From the NCBI GenBank assembly GCA_964016885.1, contig OZ024741.1, positions 64,356,001-64,420,000 on the forward strand: DNA of 64,000 bases. The letters run 5' to 3'. Made by a program: the position numbers and the translations under genes. Shown here one piece after another: positions 37,895 to 50,620 of this stretch. The notes beneath the pieces are model-generated. The model was not told the origin of the DNA, made no database searches, and saw nothing but the letters and a program-made list of their open reading frames with translations. The stretch is from Eledone cirrhosa. Lineage: Eukaryota. Every line of letters starts with the position of its first letter. Positions within the stretch are counted from its first letter, which is position 1.

Positions 37895-40800
37895 ACTTTC
37901 TTTTTATTTGCCACCAGGGCATCAAAAAGTGGGACAAGTACAATGGGGGGAGTTTACATACAAAGGCGTCCTCAATAAGGAGGAGGTAATAACAAAGTAT
38001 AAAAATAAAATAAAATATAACAAAATAAATTTTATAACAAAATCCTCAATAGGGAGGAGGCGCCTTGGGAGTCGTACACCTCCGAAAAAAAGTGTGCAAC
38101 CCTTCTCCTCAGGAGCACAGAGAGGGGGTGCTCCCTTGATCTTTCATCTTCCTCACCTATAGTCTGATGTAGAGTGAAGGCCCATTCACACGGGCCATCT
38201 CGCCACTTTCACCCATCTTTCATAAAAACGGCTGGGCTGCAGCACCTCTCTCTCCATCCTGATCCTTCTTCCGAAATGATATCGGAAGAAACGGACCAGT
38301 TGTTGGCCAGAGAGAAAGGTGTCTGACCTCAGTCCTTGCAGACGCGTCCACCATACAACCTCTTTCGCCATGGCTATTACGCACAGAAACACCGTCTCTC
38401 CTTCGTTTTTGAAGAGGGGAGGCGGCTTGATCGTTACAATAGACTCGGTGGTCAACCGGATCGGTCCCACCCTTGTCAGCAGTTGTTCGACATAGCCCCA
38501 CAGATCGGCACTGCCCGAGCAGTGTACTAATGCGTATGCAACGGTTTCCTCGTCGCACGCGCATCTGGGACAGATCTTTTTCGAGGGGTCCCTACCCGGG
38601 CGCCCGTGTCTGTAGAGCCTTTCTCGAACGGGCAGAGCCCCTCGGTAGCACTGCCAGGCCAGGGACCTCTGGAAGTTATCCATGGGTCCCGGGATGAATG
38701 TCCTACCGAACAGGTTGATCAGTTCGTCTTCCTCCATGCCTAGGGCTTCTCCGAGGGCGTCGTCGCACCTGCTAACCACCAGCCCTCTATAGAATGACGA
38801 GGTGGATTCTCCACTGACCGCCGGGTCCGCCTGCCAGAGAGCCGTGAGCGCCTGAGCACACTCGGTGTGCCAGGCGCCCAGTTTTCTCGGTCTTTGCTTG
38901 ACCCAGGATTGCAGCTCGGTGAGTGAGACGAGTCTGGGAAAGGCTCGCCTCACAAACGGGGCCCACACCGGTTGACCGGAGAGGAATACCTGAAGGTGCC
39001 GTAGCCTTAATGCGTGTTTACGTATCATTAGCCACGGCATCCCCAGCCCTCCTTTCGAAGGGTGTTGACAGCAGATGGATCTCCTCACCATAGGAGCTCG
39101 CTTCTTCCAAAGGAATTGGAAGAGTGCGCGCTCCATTTTGGTGAGCGTTTCTTTTGGGCAAGGCACAACGGTCAGGCGGTAGTAGATGACGGACGCTATA
39201 TAAGTGTTCGCCACCTTCGCCCGACCTTTCAGGGACAGTTTGCACTCGGCCCACTTGTGGGTCAGTGTAAACACCCTGTTCGTTACCTCACCCCAGTTCT
39301 TCTCCACCTGGAGGTCTGGTCCGAACCAGACCCCGAGCAACTTCACCGGGCCCTCCGTCCAGCGCCCGACGACGCCATCGGAGGGCATCGGTCTGCCCCT
39401 CCACGTGCCAAGTTGCAGACCGATCGACTTGTCCCGGTTCAGCTTAGCCCCTGTAAACCTTTCGTACTCCTCCAGTAAGGTGCCGATCGCCCCGATTTCC
39501 GAGGCCGTCGACACCATTACTGTTACGTCATCGGCGTAGGCCGACACCGCTTTCCGCAATCCCGGTTCCAACGGGATGCCCTGCAACAACTCCAACTTCC
39601 GCAGCAGTGGCTCTAGAGTCACTACATACAGAAGGGAGGAGAGAGGGCACCCTTGTTGAATGGACCGCGCGATTTCGAACGGCTCCGAGAGGTAGCCGTT
39701 CACCTTGACCCTAGAGCAGATGCGGCTGCTGTGCATGGCATTGATCCAGCCCCTGAAAACGGGTCCGAAGCCTGCCGCCGCTAGCACCGCATCCAGGTAA
39801 CCATGGTCGACCCTATCGAACGCCTTAGATTGATCCAAGTTGATCAGAGCCCCTCCAAAGCCGGGTTCGTTCCCAACCCTCTCTATGATGTATCGCATGA
39901 GGTGGAAGTTGTCGTGGATGGACCTGGACGGGATAGCACATGTCTGCGCATCTCCCACCAGGTTGCCCACGACAAGTGCCAACCTCTTTGCTAGCACCTT
40001 GGCCAAAATCTGTAACTCTGTATTTAGCAAAGTTATGGGTCTGAAATTATTTATATCGTCCCCCTTGTTCTTGTCCTTCCTCACTAGCGTGACTACGCCC
40101 TTGGTCACAGCACAGGGAATTCTCCCGTTCTGTTGCCAGTTGCAGTAGACCGCCTCGAGGAGATCGGGGAACAAGTCCGGCATAGCTAGATATAGTTCGT
40201 ATGGAAGACCATCGAGACCTGGGGATTTTCGTTTGCCGCATTGGCTCAGCACGTCCTCTATCTCAGCGGCCGAAATCGGCTCCTCGCAGGACTTCGCCTC
40301 CCTGTCCGAGAGACACGGCAGGCCGTCGAGGTATGGACCGAAGTCCACTTCCCCAACCGGCTCCCCGCCCCTTCCGAACAATCTGGCAAAGTGCTTTTGA
40401 AAAGCCTCGCACATCTGCTTAGGTTCAAGGATCACCCGTCCATCCTGGTCTCGCAAAGACCTGAGAGTGGATCTACTCCCTCTTTTGGCTTCTGTCACGC
40501 GGGCCCAGCTAACAGCTTTGGTCCCTTCGTTTCCCAGAGCACGTATTTTGCTTCGGACGATGCAGCCTTCGTGTTTCGCGTCGAAGAACTGGCCCATGGC
40601 CGTTCTCGACGCTAGCACTCTGGCCACGTCACTGATTCTAATTGCCTCTTCTACACTATCTACCAACTCCCTTTCCTTCCTATTTCTATTTGAGGCTAAC
40701 TCCTTACTAAATTCTATAGAGACTACTCTAATCTCTCTTTTGAGAGATCCCCACCACCTGCTGTTGACGATGGCGCCCGTCAACCGCTCCTTAACTAAAG

Positions 40801-40907
40801 TGCTAATCCGGTCCCTGTAAGCCTTACTTGCCGGTAAGGACAAGTTGAGCTTCCAGTAACCGGGTCCCTGTCTATGCGTTCTGTCAAGGTTGACCATGCA
40901 AGTCACG
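37895..40907 (-). mobile_element. Tx1 LINE copy F, 5'-truncated at the end of APE; ORF2 remainder open for ~900 codons
   Basis: ORF 38186-40993 (its first ~29 aa come from microsatellite and copy G); YADD and CPRC intact; GATA repeats on both sides. Confidence 0.93.
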
Positions 40908-40938
<31 letters not shown>

Positions 40939-40944
40939 GATAGA

Positions 40945-41195
40945 TGTGTTTCTTTATTAGCCACAGGGGCACAAAAAAAGGGGACAAATACAAAGGGAGA
41001 AGTTTACATACAATAAAAACGTGTAAAATATTATCACAAATGTAATTTAAAAATTAGTCGATTTTCCCCAATAGGGGGAGACATTTCATATGGGTAACAC
41101 ATACCCCCGAAAATAATGTGCAACCCTCATCTTCAGGAGTACGAAGAGTTTGTACTCCCTTCCTCTCCTCCTCTTGTTCCTCAACCTACAGGCTG
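40945..41195 (-). mobile_element. Tx1 LINE copy G, 3' UTR-only fragment
   Basis: Last ORF2 codons (YISL*), 3' UTR hairpin and AATAAAGAAACACA-(TCTA)n. Confidence 0.8.
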
Positions 41196-41224
41196 ATATA
41201 TATATGTATGTATGTATGTATGTG

Positions 41225-41725
41225 TCTGGTAACATGTAACATGTGTCGAGTGCTACTGGTAACATGTAACCCAGTACAACCTGTCTCGTGGTCGGGTCGT
41301 CGGCGACTAAACCGGCTACCCCACCAAGCCTGCTTCGTGAGGAGAGTGATTTTTGGACACCCTGCGGGATAAAATACAAGACCCGGCAAAGGGCGGAGGA
41401 AGTTAGCAGAGTCAACGGGCATCCAAATAGTACTTTTTGTTTCACCTGGGAGTGAAAGGCCTCTAGTTATTGTCACAACATCTTTCTAAGAGTGGGAAAC
41501 TCTGAAAAAAAACCTGCAGCTTTGGAAGTATCCGATGATGTTGACCAGTTCTCCTTTCCGAGTAGTGTTTTCGATGCTCAGAGAGTGGGATTGGTCGAGT
41601 GCAAGGCCTTTCCCCACTTCAAAGCACAGGCATTGCTTGTTCAGAATATGTTACAGATTCGTGTGGCTGGCCGTAGCCTAAAAGTGCACCATTTTCTGTA
41701 ATCTGACAAGCGATTGCAATACTCT
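41225..41725 (+). mobile_element. Short non-coding element with RTE-like 5'-UTR motif, flanked by (TATG)n
   Basis: GGGAAACTCTGAAAAAAAACC motif; homologous to 25738-26148; ends GCAGCCATT-(ATGT)n. Confidence 0.65.
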
Positions 41726-43252
41726 TAGCAGAGTTTGCAGCCATTATGTATGTATGTGTGGACACACACACGCACACACACATATATATACACATATATA
41801 TGTGTGTGTGTGTGTGTGTGTAATTAGAGTATGCGTTAGTTTGTCACCGAAACTTCAGTATGCAGGGTAGAGCACTCAAGGAAGTACAAAAATGGGTCTG
41901 TTTACTCGAAGTATATTTATAATCATTAAGTACAATTCAATGAGTTATAATTCACTTCGTTTATTCATAATCGTTGTTATATATATTTAGGTGATAACCG
42001 TTATGCAACAGTTATGCCTTCATTAGACAGCTAGAAATTAAACAAAAAAGAAACAGAAAAACATAAATAAGAAATAAAGCTTACTTCTGCTGTTTCGATT
42101 CATTGATATGCCCTGGGCTGATATTTGGTGTTGCTTTCTCAAATATAGTATAAACAGGATATTAGGAAAAACTAGGTAACATTTGTTTAAGATCAAAGAA
42201 ACATTTATTATACAATAGACTTTAACTCGTGCTTCAATACAGTTATGCAATTGGCTAAGAAAGGTGAATTATTGCGTAAAGTATATTGCGTAATCTCGCA
42301 CTGTGTTGTTAAATTCTACATATCATCAGAGAGATTCGGGAAGAAGTGAAGTCATGTGGATGAAAGAAGTGCTTATATAGTAAATTTATGTATGCACAGA
42401 TATAAATTCATCTTCGATGTATATGTGGTCAAATATACTAGATAATTATATGTAAATTTAAACAAATATACAAATATACATGCATGCGTACAATATATCA
42501 GTGTACAATTTGAAGTGATGATAAGCAAACCTGACAATAGCTTATACATCAAATAGGTAGGCAGCACCTCTAACTTTTTTTTTAAAGATTATATGTACAT
42601 ACCTAGTCGTTCAAAAACCCACACCTGCGGAAATCAACAGCGCACGCGAAGAATATCTAGGATTTGAAACAAAGTAATATTATCTATGAGTTATCATGGT
42701 TGATTTTAAGATTTGCCAGACCGTATCAGAAGGAATGACGAGATTGTGAACTTTACTCCTCCGAAGTATTGAAGATTATGCCTGGAAAAGATCTATTAAA
42801 CTCAAGACACGACAGGATATTTCATTGCCAACATAGAACTCTCAGAACCTTTTCAAAATACCATCCATACTAACACTCCTCTATGTTCTCCTACTCTGTA
42901 TGTAGAAAATATTTCATCTATACAGATGATAAACCGATATACCTTTATATATGTTCTGTAACTCTAGCTTAGGTAATACGCAAACTCACATTCATTCTCA
43001 TCCAACCACTACTAACTTATAGATCACTTGTTTTACATTACCCTTTAGATAATGAACAGAACGGCATATTACCTTAAATAGGTACTCACGACACTAACAA
43101 TTAGAATCTCGGACTTAACTGAAATCACTAGTCTAATTTTTATCATGACCATTCGTCCACGATAGAATTAATTAAATTATATAGATTTGTGCACGACGAA
43201 TGTATGTATTACAATATATATATATATATATATATATATAGGAACAAGTATG

Positions 43253-43348
43253 ACCCCGACGGCAGAGCTCAAGCCGTTTCGACGGCTAATTCTGGACTAA
43301 ATAAGAATTTTTAGCCTGGTAAATAAATAGCCGAACTTCTCAGGGGGT
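43253..43348 (-). ncRNA. Type I hammerhead ribozyme-like motif with variant core, next to (TA)n
   Basis: Reverse strand: CCCC-CTGAGAAG-stem II (CGGCTA/TAGCCG)-GAAA-CGGC TTGAGCTCT GCCG-TC-GGGG. Confidence 0.65.
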
Positions 43349-43624
43349 ATTTCCTTATATGGGAAGATAGTAATTGTCAAAAGGATTGGTCAAAAATTTG
43401 TTGTAAAGACAGATGAATCTATCATGGCATTTGGTGGGAGGTAGGGGTGGCTGAACTTGCCGGTAGAACAAAGAGGGAGTGGGGGAAACCCAGTGAAGCG
43501 TTGAAAGTGAAATCTATACAGCAGATTATAAGGATAGTGTATAAAAGGTCGAAAAAAGTGTACTGGAGAAGAGGAGGGGGGTTGAAAGAATAGGTAAATC
43601 GAAAGGGAGTAAAAAAAAAACCAC

Positions 43625-43812
43625 GGTGGATTGGCAGTATCGGTAGAGGGTCGGACGCCATGCTTTCCAGCATAGTTACGTCCCTTTACGATCTGAGTTC
43701 AAATCCCGCCGAGGTTGACTTTGCCTTTCATCCTTACGGGGTCGATAAAATAAAGTACCAGTAATGTACTGGGTAATTGCTGGCCTTGTGCCTAAAGTAG
43801 AAACAATTATAA
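43625..43812 (+). mobile_element. SINE copy, short-tail variant
   Basis: GGATTGGCAGTATCGGTAGAG..GAGTTCAAATCCCGCC..GCTGGCCTTGTGCCTAAAGTAGAAACAATTAT. Confidence 0.85.
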
Positions 43813-44597
43813 AAATAAGGAAATAAATATATAAAAATATATATATATATATATATTCTAGAAATAATTGGAAAGACTTGAATATTTTAAATATGTATGA
43901 AGTATAGGTTATGTAAGTACTAATATATATCTGCTTGCACTCTCCCAGGTCACCTCCATTTAGGGTTTAATTGAAAATATAGCCTGTTAATATGCTCAGA
44001 TTAGAAATCGCTTCATATCATTGTGATATTGGTTATCTTGATTTAGTTAGCGTGATTATTAACATGAAAAAGCAGCACTGCTGACAAACAATCACTAGGA
44101 ACATTTCGATATGTGATTCCTCTCGTAAGGATCAAATTAGCTTTTAAAACTTGTTAATTTAAAATCATCGGGTTGATAATTGTATTTGAATATATATTGT
44201 ATGTTACTGTTAAATTCAAGAAAATTATACCTGTAGTAATTTTGTTGCCTATTTGTTTGTTTTTCCCCAGTCAGTTAGTCTCTATTTAGAGCTATGACAA
44301 GCTGAGTGGGGGATTAATAGTATTTATGCGCATTGTAATAATTTTTGGAAATCAAAACTGAAATGAACAAAAAAATTAATTACATTTTAGTAGTTCAGAC
44401 GTTTTTGATTTGATTTTATAAAGCTTGAAAGAAACTCCACAAATCTGTAAGCTTAAGTATGATAATTTGAAAATATAAATTACCTACAAGAGAGAAAATA
44501 TCAAAATCTATTAAACAAAATGTGATATCTAAAATCGATTTTCCTTGATCTAATTTTAATGGGAAGTGCAAAAACACTCGCTGATTTTGTCGACATT

Positions 44598-45395
44598 ATA
44601 ATAATTTGTTTCTACTTTTGGCTCAATGGGATAGAGGTGATTATAGCGACTCCATTATATGACTGATACTTATCGATCTTGGAAGGGTGAAAAGCAAAGT
44701 TGACCTCGGTGAGATTTGAATTCAGAACTTAAAGAGCCTGAACAAATACTAATGAGCATTTGTCTGAAACTCAAACGATTCTACTAATCCATCACATCCA
44801 TGTCATAATAATGATTTCTACTTTAGGCACAAGGCCAGCTATTTTGGATGAGGGGAAAGTCGATTAAATCGACCCCAGTGCATTACTGGTGCTTTATTTT
44901 ATCGACCCAGTAAGGGTGAAAGGCAAAGTTAACCTCGGCGGGATTTGTTCTCAGAACGTAAAGAACCGTAACTCTATGCTTGCAAAGCATGGCGTCCGAC
45001 CCTCTACCGATACTGCCAATCCACCACCATGTCATAATAATAGTGATTTCTAATTTAGACCCACAGCCAACAATTTGTGGCGTGGGTAAAGTTGATTGTA
45101 TCGACCTTAGTACTTTACTCGTACTATATTTTATCGACCCTAGAAGGATGAAAGGCTAAGTTGACTTCGGCGGAATTTGAACTCAGAACCTAAAGAGTCA
45201 CAAGACGCCTCAAAGCACTTGGTTCGTTGCTCTAACGATTTTGCCAATCCACCGCTCTCATATATTAATAATTGTTTCTACTTTTGGCACAAGGCCAGAA
45301 ATTACCCAGTACATTATTGGTACTTTATTTTATCGACCCCATAAGGATGAAAGGCAAAGTTAACCTCGACGGGATTTGAACTCAGACCGTAGAAA
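44598..45395 (-). mobile_element. Four tandem SINE copies of differing divergence
   Basis: Units start near 44598, 44805, 45035 and 45265, each at AATAAT..TTTCTA(C/A)TTT. Confidence 0.85.
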
Positions 45396-46254
45396 ACTAC
45401 ATAATGATTAATGCAAAATATTCCTGGTAGAATCTTGCAGTTGTTTTCTCCGTGTATGTCCTACGTCCACGTCAATGAGTCATTAAGTAAATTACAAATA
45501 AATATACGACTATGTTTGGAACTTATTACGTTACAGTTGCTACATTGGCACTGGCTCGGACTTTAGGTTCCATCTAAATACTTAGTTTTTCGTCGTTTCT
45601 GTAACAATTATATTTAATGGACGTAAGACTACTATCCTCACATTCCATTCCTCCTTTTGCATTTTAAATATTAATGGATTAAATATTAATGGAAATAAAG
45701 CAACGGAGATGATAAAATAAACATTTATCTTATATCTTATGTTCCGTTTAGGTTATATACATTCAAATCTCCGTGTCATAGCAACCGAACACAAAATTGG
45801 TATTATGTCTACACAGAAATTTCTTTTAGATATTAATCTACGATAAATAAAGCAATGAGAAAAAATTAGTAATCAATGCGTCTCAGTCTTTCGTAGAATG
45901 TGTTCTTTACCACAAAAAATACATGTACGGTTAGGACTTGCGTGGTGACTATTGCAGAGAACGCTGGTTATATGAGTGCAGTACGGACTGTACAGAAAGT
46001 CAAATTTTAAGTGTATTTACTTGGACTTATTTTGGCTCTCAATTAAAGAAACTGGACTCCGTCGTAAAATTACAATTACAGACACCCCTAACTAATGTAG
46101 AGTGCAGTAGGTTGCTCAGTAGCAGAAAACAGTATTTAAATTAGATGTGTCAATCAAATTATCTCTTCTCAAACATGGCCTCAGGTGGCAGCGGCCTGTC
46201 GGGAGTTTGCAGCACAGTGTGAATTTTTTTTTACCTGACATTACTATTGGAGAA

Positions 46255-46365
46255 AGCGGCGAATTGGCAGAATTCGTTAGAACGTCGGATAGAATGCTTT
46301 GCAGTATTTGTTTCGGGTCTCTACTCTCTCAGTTCAAATCCCACCAAGGTCAGCTTTGCTTTTCA
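46255..46365 (+). mobile_element. SINE 5' half
   Basis: TTGGCAGAATTCGTTAGA..AGTTCAAATCCCACCAAGGTCAGCTTTGCTTTTCAT. Confidence 0.65.
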
Positions 46366-46654
46366 TATATATATATGAATATGTATATGAATAAAACATT
46401 TGGGCGAAGACAGGAAAATGAACGAATACATACAGTAGTCCCATATCGTTCATTTTCCTGCTTTCGCCCATATATACATTTTATATGCATGTATGGATCT
46501 GTAGCTCCTCATGATGTCGTGGAGGTGATGTTGTGACATGCCTTGAGCAATAAAAACCTGGTGGAACTTATCTCTCTCCAGGTCTGAACACAACTGAATT
46601 CTTCTACAGAAAAGAAGAAAGTGTGAGAGGGGAAATGTAAAAGTGATATAGAGG

Positions 46655-46810
46655 AAGAATCGACTCCAGTATTAGACAGGTACTTCTTTTATCGACCTCG
46701 AAAGGATGAGAATGAAGGTTTTCCTCGGCGGGATTTGAAATCAGAGTGCAGAGAGCCGGAACGAATACCCCACATTATTCTAGGTGACGTTCTAATAAAT
46801 CAATTCGCTG
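46655..46810 (-). mobile_element. Degenerate SINE copy
   Basis: TTTTATCGACCTCGAAAGGATG..CCTCGGCGGGATTTGAA. Confidence 0.6.
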
Positions 46811-46844
46811 ACTCTGTGTGTGTATGTATTATATTCTATGTGTG

Positions 46845-47230
46845 GGGCTCTGATCATGACCTTCACAAGAACTCCGAGACAGGTGAGACTGATACCATTA
46901 ACGTTCTTTTTGACTGCTGCAGGAACAACATATTAAGTGAGAGGATTCCAGAGGGACAGTGTTCTGGAGAAGAAAGACTGAGTGTAATGTTCAGTGGTTC
47001 TGAGTCGGGGCTTCAGCACAGTATATGTAACGAGACAATGTGAGGCGAGTAAGTCGGCAGTGTTTGAGTGGCTGCGACACGAAGCCATTCAGATATCGTG
47101 AGAGACCGCTCATAGTGTCCTTTTCTTAAGGAACGGAGAAGGGTGGGGTGAGGGACGAGAAACCTTTTTTTCTCGTGAAACCTAGGTGCAGTATAAGCAT
47201 GGAACGGTTATAAAGAATAAGCCACTCGAT
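46845..47230 (-). mobile_element. CR1/L2/Jockey-group LINE ORF2 3'-end remnant
   Basis: Reverse strand translates RTTEHYTQSFFSRTLSLWNPL..KKNVNGISL, matching the SFFxRxxxLWNxLP C-terminal motif. Confidence 0.6.
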
Positions 47231-47845
47231 CTTCTCACAAGAAGCAAATCTAATCAAATAACAATGGCTATGTTAAAACAACAATTATAAGGCTATGCAA
47301 ACAGAAACACCTAAAATACCTCCCTATAGATTCCCAACACCGCCAACTTACTACCATCAACGAGGCTGTCATTGCTATCACCACCAACGCCACTGCCATG
47401 GCCATCAACACCACCACCATCATCACTGCTATCCACAACACTTTACGTGACAACGCGGTCGTCTCTACATAGCTGCTCTACCAGCTAAAACATAGCAACT
47501 AAACCTCCCTTAAATCACACCTTAGCATTTAAAAAAAAAGATAAGGACCTAAGAGATAATGTTGTACTAGATACACTATGTCTGAAAGAAAATAAAAACT
47601 GAAATGGAATGCTTTTGGTTTTTGTTCATCTCCGCTATAGTTAAGATGCTACACAGTAAAATTACAACATTCTGGTGGTTCTGTTATATTAAAATCCAAC
47701 ACATCTACTTAAAGAACACCAGTCAGTGTTGTTTGTGTATTTACTATAAACCTGAAATATCTAAATGTTTACCATATGTTTGCAATCTGTGTTATTTGCT
47801 TTTTACGGAGTCTGCCGATACACCGAACACGGAAGTGGCTTGAAG

Positions 47846-48040
47846 ATAATAATTGTTTCTACTTTTGGCACAAGGCCAGCAAATATCCAGTGTATTACTG
47901 GTACTTTATTTTATCGACCCTGTAAGGATGAAAGGCAAAGTTAACCTCGGCGGGATTTGAACTCAGATCATAAAGGGCCGTAACTCTTTGCTGCAAAGCA
48001 TGGCGTCCGACCCTCTACCGATACTGCCAATCCACCGACT
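47846..48040 (-). mobile_element. Well-preserved SINE copy
   Basis: Full reverse complement of the 43625-type SINE. Confidence 0.85.
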
Positions 48041-48077
48041 CTCAAACAACATTGTAATTCATGTTGAAATATTTTAG

Positions 48078-48108
<31 letters not shown>

Positions 48109-48634
48109 GGCATTCCTCTTCTTTTTCTCCTTTCTACTTTTCTCTTCTTTTCTCTCTTCCTTTTCTTTTTTCTTATATTTCCCCTTCTTTGTTTTTTATT
48201 CCTCTTCTTTTTTCTTGCTTCTTCTGTTATTATCTAAAGAACAATGTAATTAATCACACTTGTTGATGCTTGATAGTCAATAGCTGCTTTTGAGAGGCAG
48301 TTATGGTAACACATTGTGTTCAAATGCCTTCAGGTATAATTAATAGTCATGTCTTTCATAAGATTTACTGAAGAGCTGAACTACTTGTCTAAACTTCTAC
48401 TTCAAATTTCTCAAGTTGATGGAAGATTTCGTCCGAGAAGAAAATCTTTGCCCTTAGCCCTTTTCAGCAACGTCCATCATAATATCTCCAGCTTGGTACG
48501 TTAGCTACTGGAGAGAAATAAATTGCTTTTCTAATCAAAAGAAGGTAGTCGGACCCGCCTCCTGTTTTGAGTCTCTTTATATTTTGAGTTCAAATATTTA
48601 AGGTCAAAAGTTTTTCTTTTTTTCTTTATCCATT

Positions 48635-48860
48635 GCATTGGAAATATCGTTAAAGAATCAGACAAAATGTTTTTTTCTTTTGTTCCAACTCTTTATGTTC
48701 TGAGTTCAAGTCTCTTTTTTTGTCCCACCGAGGTCAACTTTACTTTTCATTCTTCTGGTGTCGATAAACTAAAATAGCTGTCAAGTACGTGAGTTGATTT
48801 ATTCGGATAACACTTTCCCCCAATATGTGCTTTTGCACCTATTTTAGCAGCGATTATTTA
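48635..48860 (+). mobile_element. Degenerate SINE copy
   Basis: GTTCTGAGTTCAAG..GAGGTCAACTTTACTTTTCATTCTTCTGGTGTCGATAAA. Confidence 0.55.
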
Positions 48861-49519
48861 TATGGTTCATGTCTGACATTTCTGCCCACCTAATAATTAT
48901 AATTAATTAAAAAGTACTTTGCAAACGAGACAGAAAAGGTTAAATGTCGAACTAGATGTGGGAGAGATAACTCAAAAACAGTAGAAGAAATCAAACGCAT
49001 TCCCCACTATCTGTCCATCTTTGATTTTAATTAATTCAAATTTAGGAATTATTACCCTTGCCTTTTTTCACCACATGCAGAAGGCATGTCTGTGTAATTT
49101 CCATTACTCCTTAAAGTTGTCACAACTACCAATGTTTGTACAATGTTTGTACACTCCTGCATTCTATACCTGCCAATCAACTTAAGGGCTGGCAAGTCGT
49201 TTAAATGCTATGCTTCACTGAAGAGGTTTAATAAAACTGAAACATATCAGACTTGTCATTGTAATTACCAAAGATCAGACTCACTCCTCAACTACATTCT
49301 CACATTTAATTTCAATTAATAATAATTTCGGAGTTGACTTCCCTTTTTTTTTCCTTGAACAGAATGTACCATTAAGCTAATGGACTTTTTTTCTTCTTTA
49401 ACAGGTTTAATCTTAATTAATTAGAATATTAGGATTTACTTCATTAAGTACATATTTAACTACGTGTTATTTATATAGAAGTCGTTCATGTGTAGTTTCC
49501 ATCAGTCGTTCTTGTTGAG

Positions 49520-49870
49520 GGCACAGCAGGGCTGAATACTTAATAGGTTTGCTTCACAATCCTGGTTCGATCCCTAGAGTGTTGCATCTTAAGGTAAGTG
49601 TCATTTACCATAGCAAAGTCTGTTATTGAAATTGGGTAGTCGGAGATTGTTTGGAAGTCTACCGGATGAACTGTCTATATCTCTAATTCAAAAGGACCAG
49701 CCTTGTCACAGTGTCGTCATTGGGTCTCCGTTCAAATTATGTTAACGATACATGTGCCGGAGGAACGTTCAGCCACCTATAAGTTAATTTCAGGGGAAGG
49801 CTGTTCCGTTGATCGAACAACTGGAACACAAAACTCATCGTTGAAACCGACAGAGGTTCGTTCCATTCCA
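49520..49870 (+). mobile_element. Old tRNA-derived SINE-like repeat of a second family
   Basis: B-box GGTTCGATCCC followed by CORE-like GCATCTTAAGGTAAGTGTC; single copy in the window. Confidence 0.4.
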
Positions 49871-50414
49871 CTTCACTATCTTCTCCACTCGGACATCTCA
49901 TAGCATTATAAGAGACGTATAAAATATCTTAAAAGTTCAATCACTCTATAAAACCTCTTATTGCTAATCTGATCAATTCTATTCAAGAGATATTTCTGGA
50001 CTCAACTTCTCAATCTTTACCAAATATATTTTGGTAATAAGTCTACTGAACAACAACATCATCACTACCAACAACATTACCACTACCACCAATAACATCA
50101 CTACTACTGCCACCACAAACAACAACACTACCAACAACAACAACACCAGTACCAACACCAACATCAAGAATTTATCTGAGTAGTGGTTCTTCAGTTAATT
50201 TCAGATAGTCCCACAAGCTGTTGCACTTACTACGTACACATTACTCAACCAAATTAATCCTTTCTTATTAGGTAGTCTTGCAAAATTTGCCCTTAGGTGT
50301 AAGCACCCATTGCACGTTAAGATCTTACGTGTGAGTCTATCAATTATTTTAAGGTCTTGTTCTCGCTACTCCTAAAGTCAATTTTTTTATTCAATAATAT
50401 TAATAAGGTTAGCC

Positions 50415-50620
50415 GATTTAGGCACAAGGCCAGCAATTTTAAGGAGGGGAAAGTCGATTAAATCGACCCCTGTGCATTACTGGTACTTTATTTTATCGAC
50501 CCCGTAAGGATGAAAGGCAACGTTAACTTCGGCAGGATTTGAACTCAGGCCGTAAAAGGCCGTAACTCTATGCTGCAAAGCATGGTGTCTGACGCTCTAC
50601 CGATACTGCCAATCCACAAT
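50415..50620 (-). mobile_element. SINE copy
   Basis: Reverse complement of the 29917-type SINE. Confidence 0.85.

Noticed and set aside
42705-42775. Possible plus-strand exon (DLPDRIRRNDEIVNFTPPKY*)
   Set aside because: Weak acceptor, very short, no partner exons or homology evidence
49212-49255. CTGAAGA-GGTTT AATA AAACT-GAAACATATC hammerhead-like string
   Set aside because: Stems I and III cannot be formed convincingly and it is a single copy
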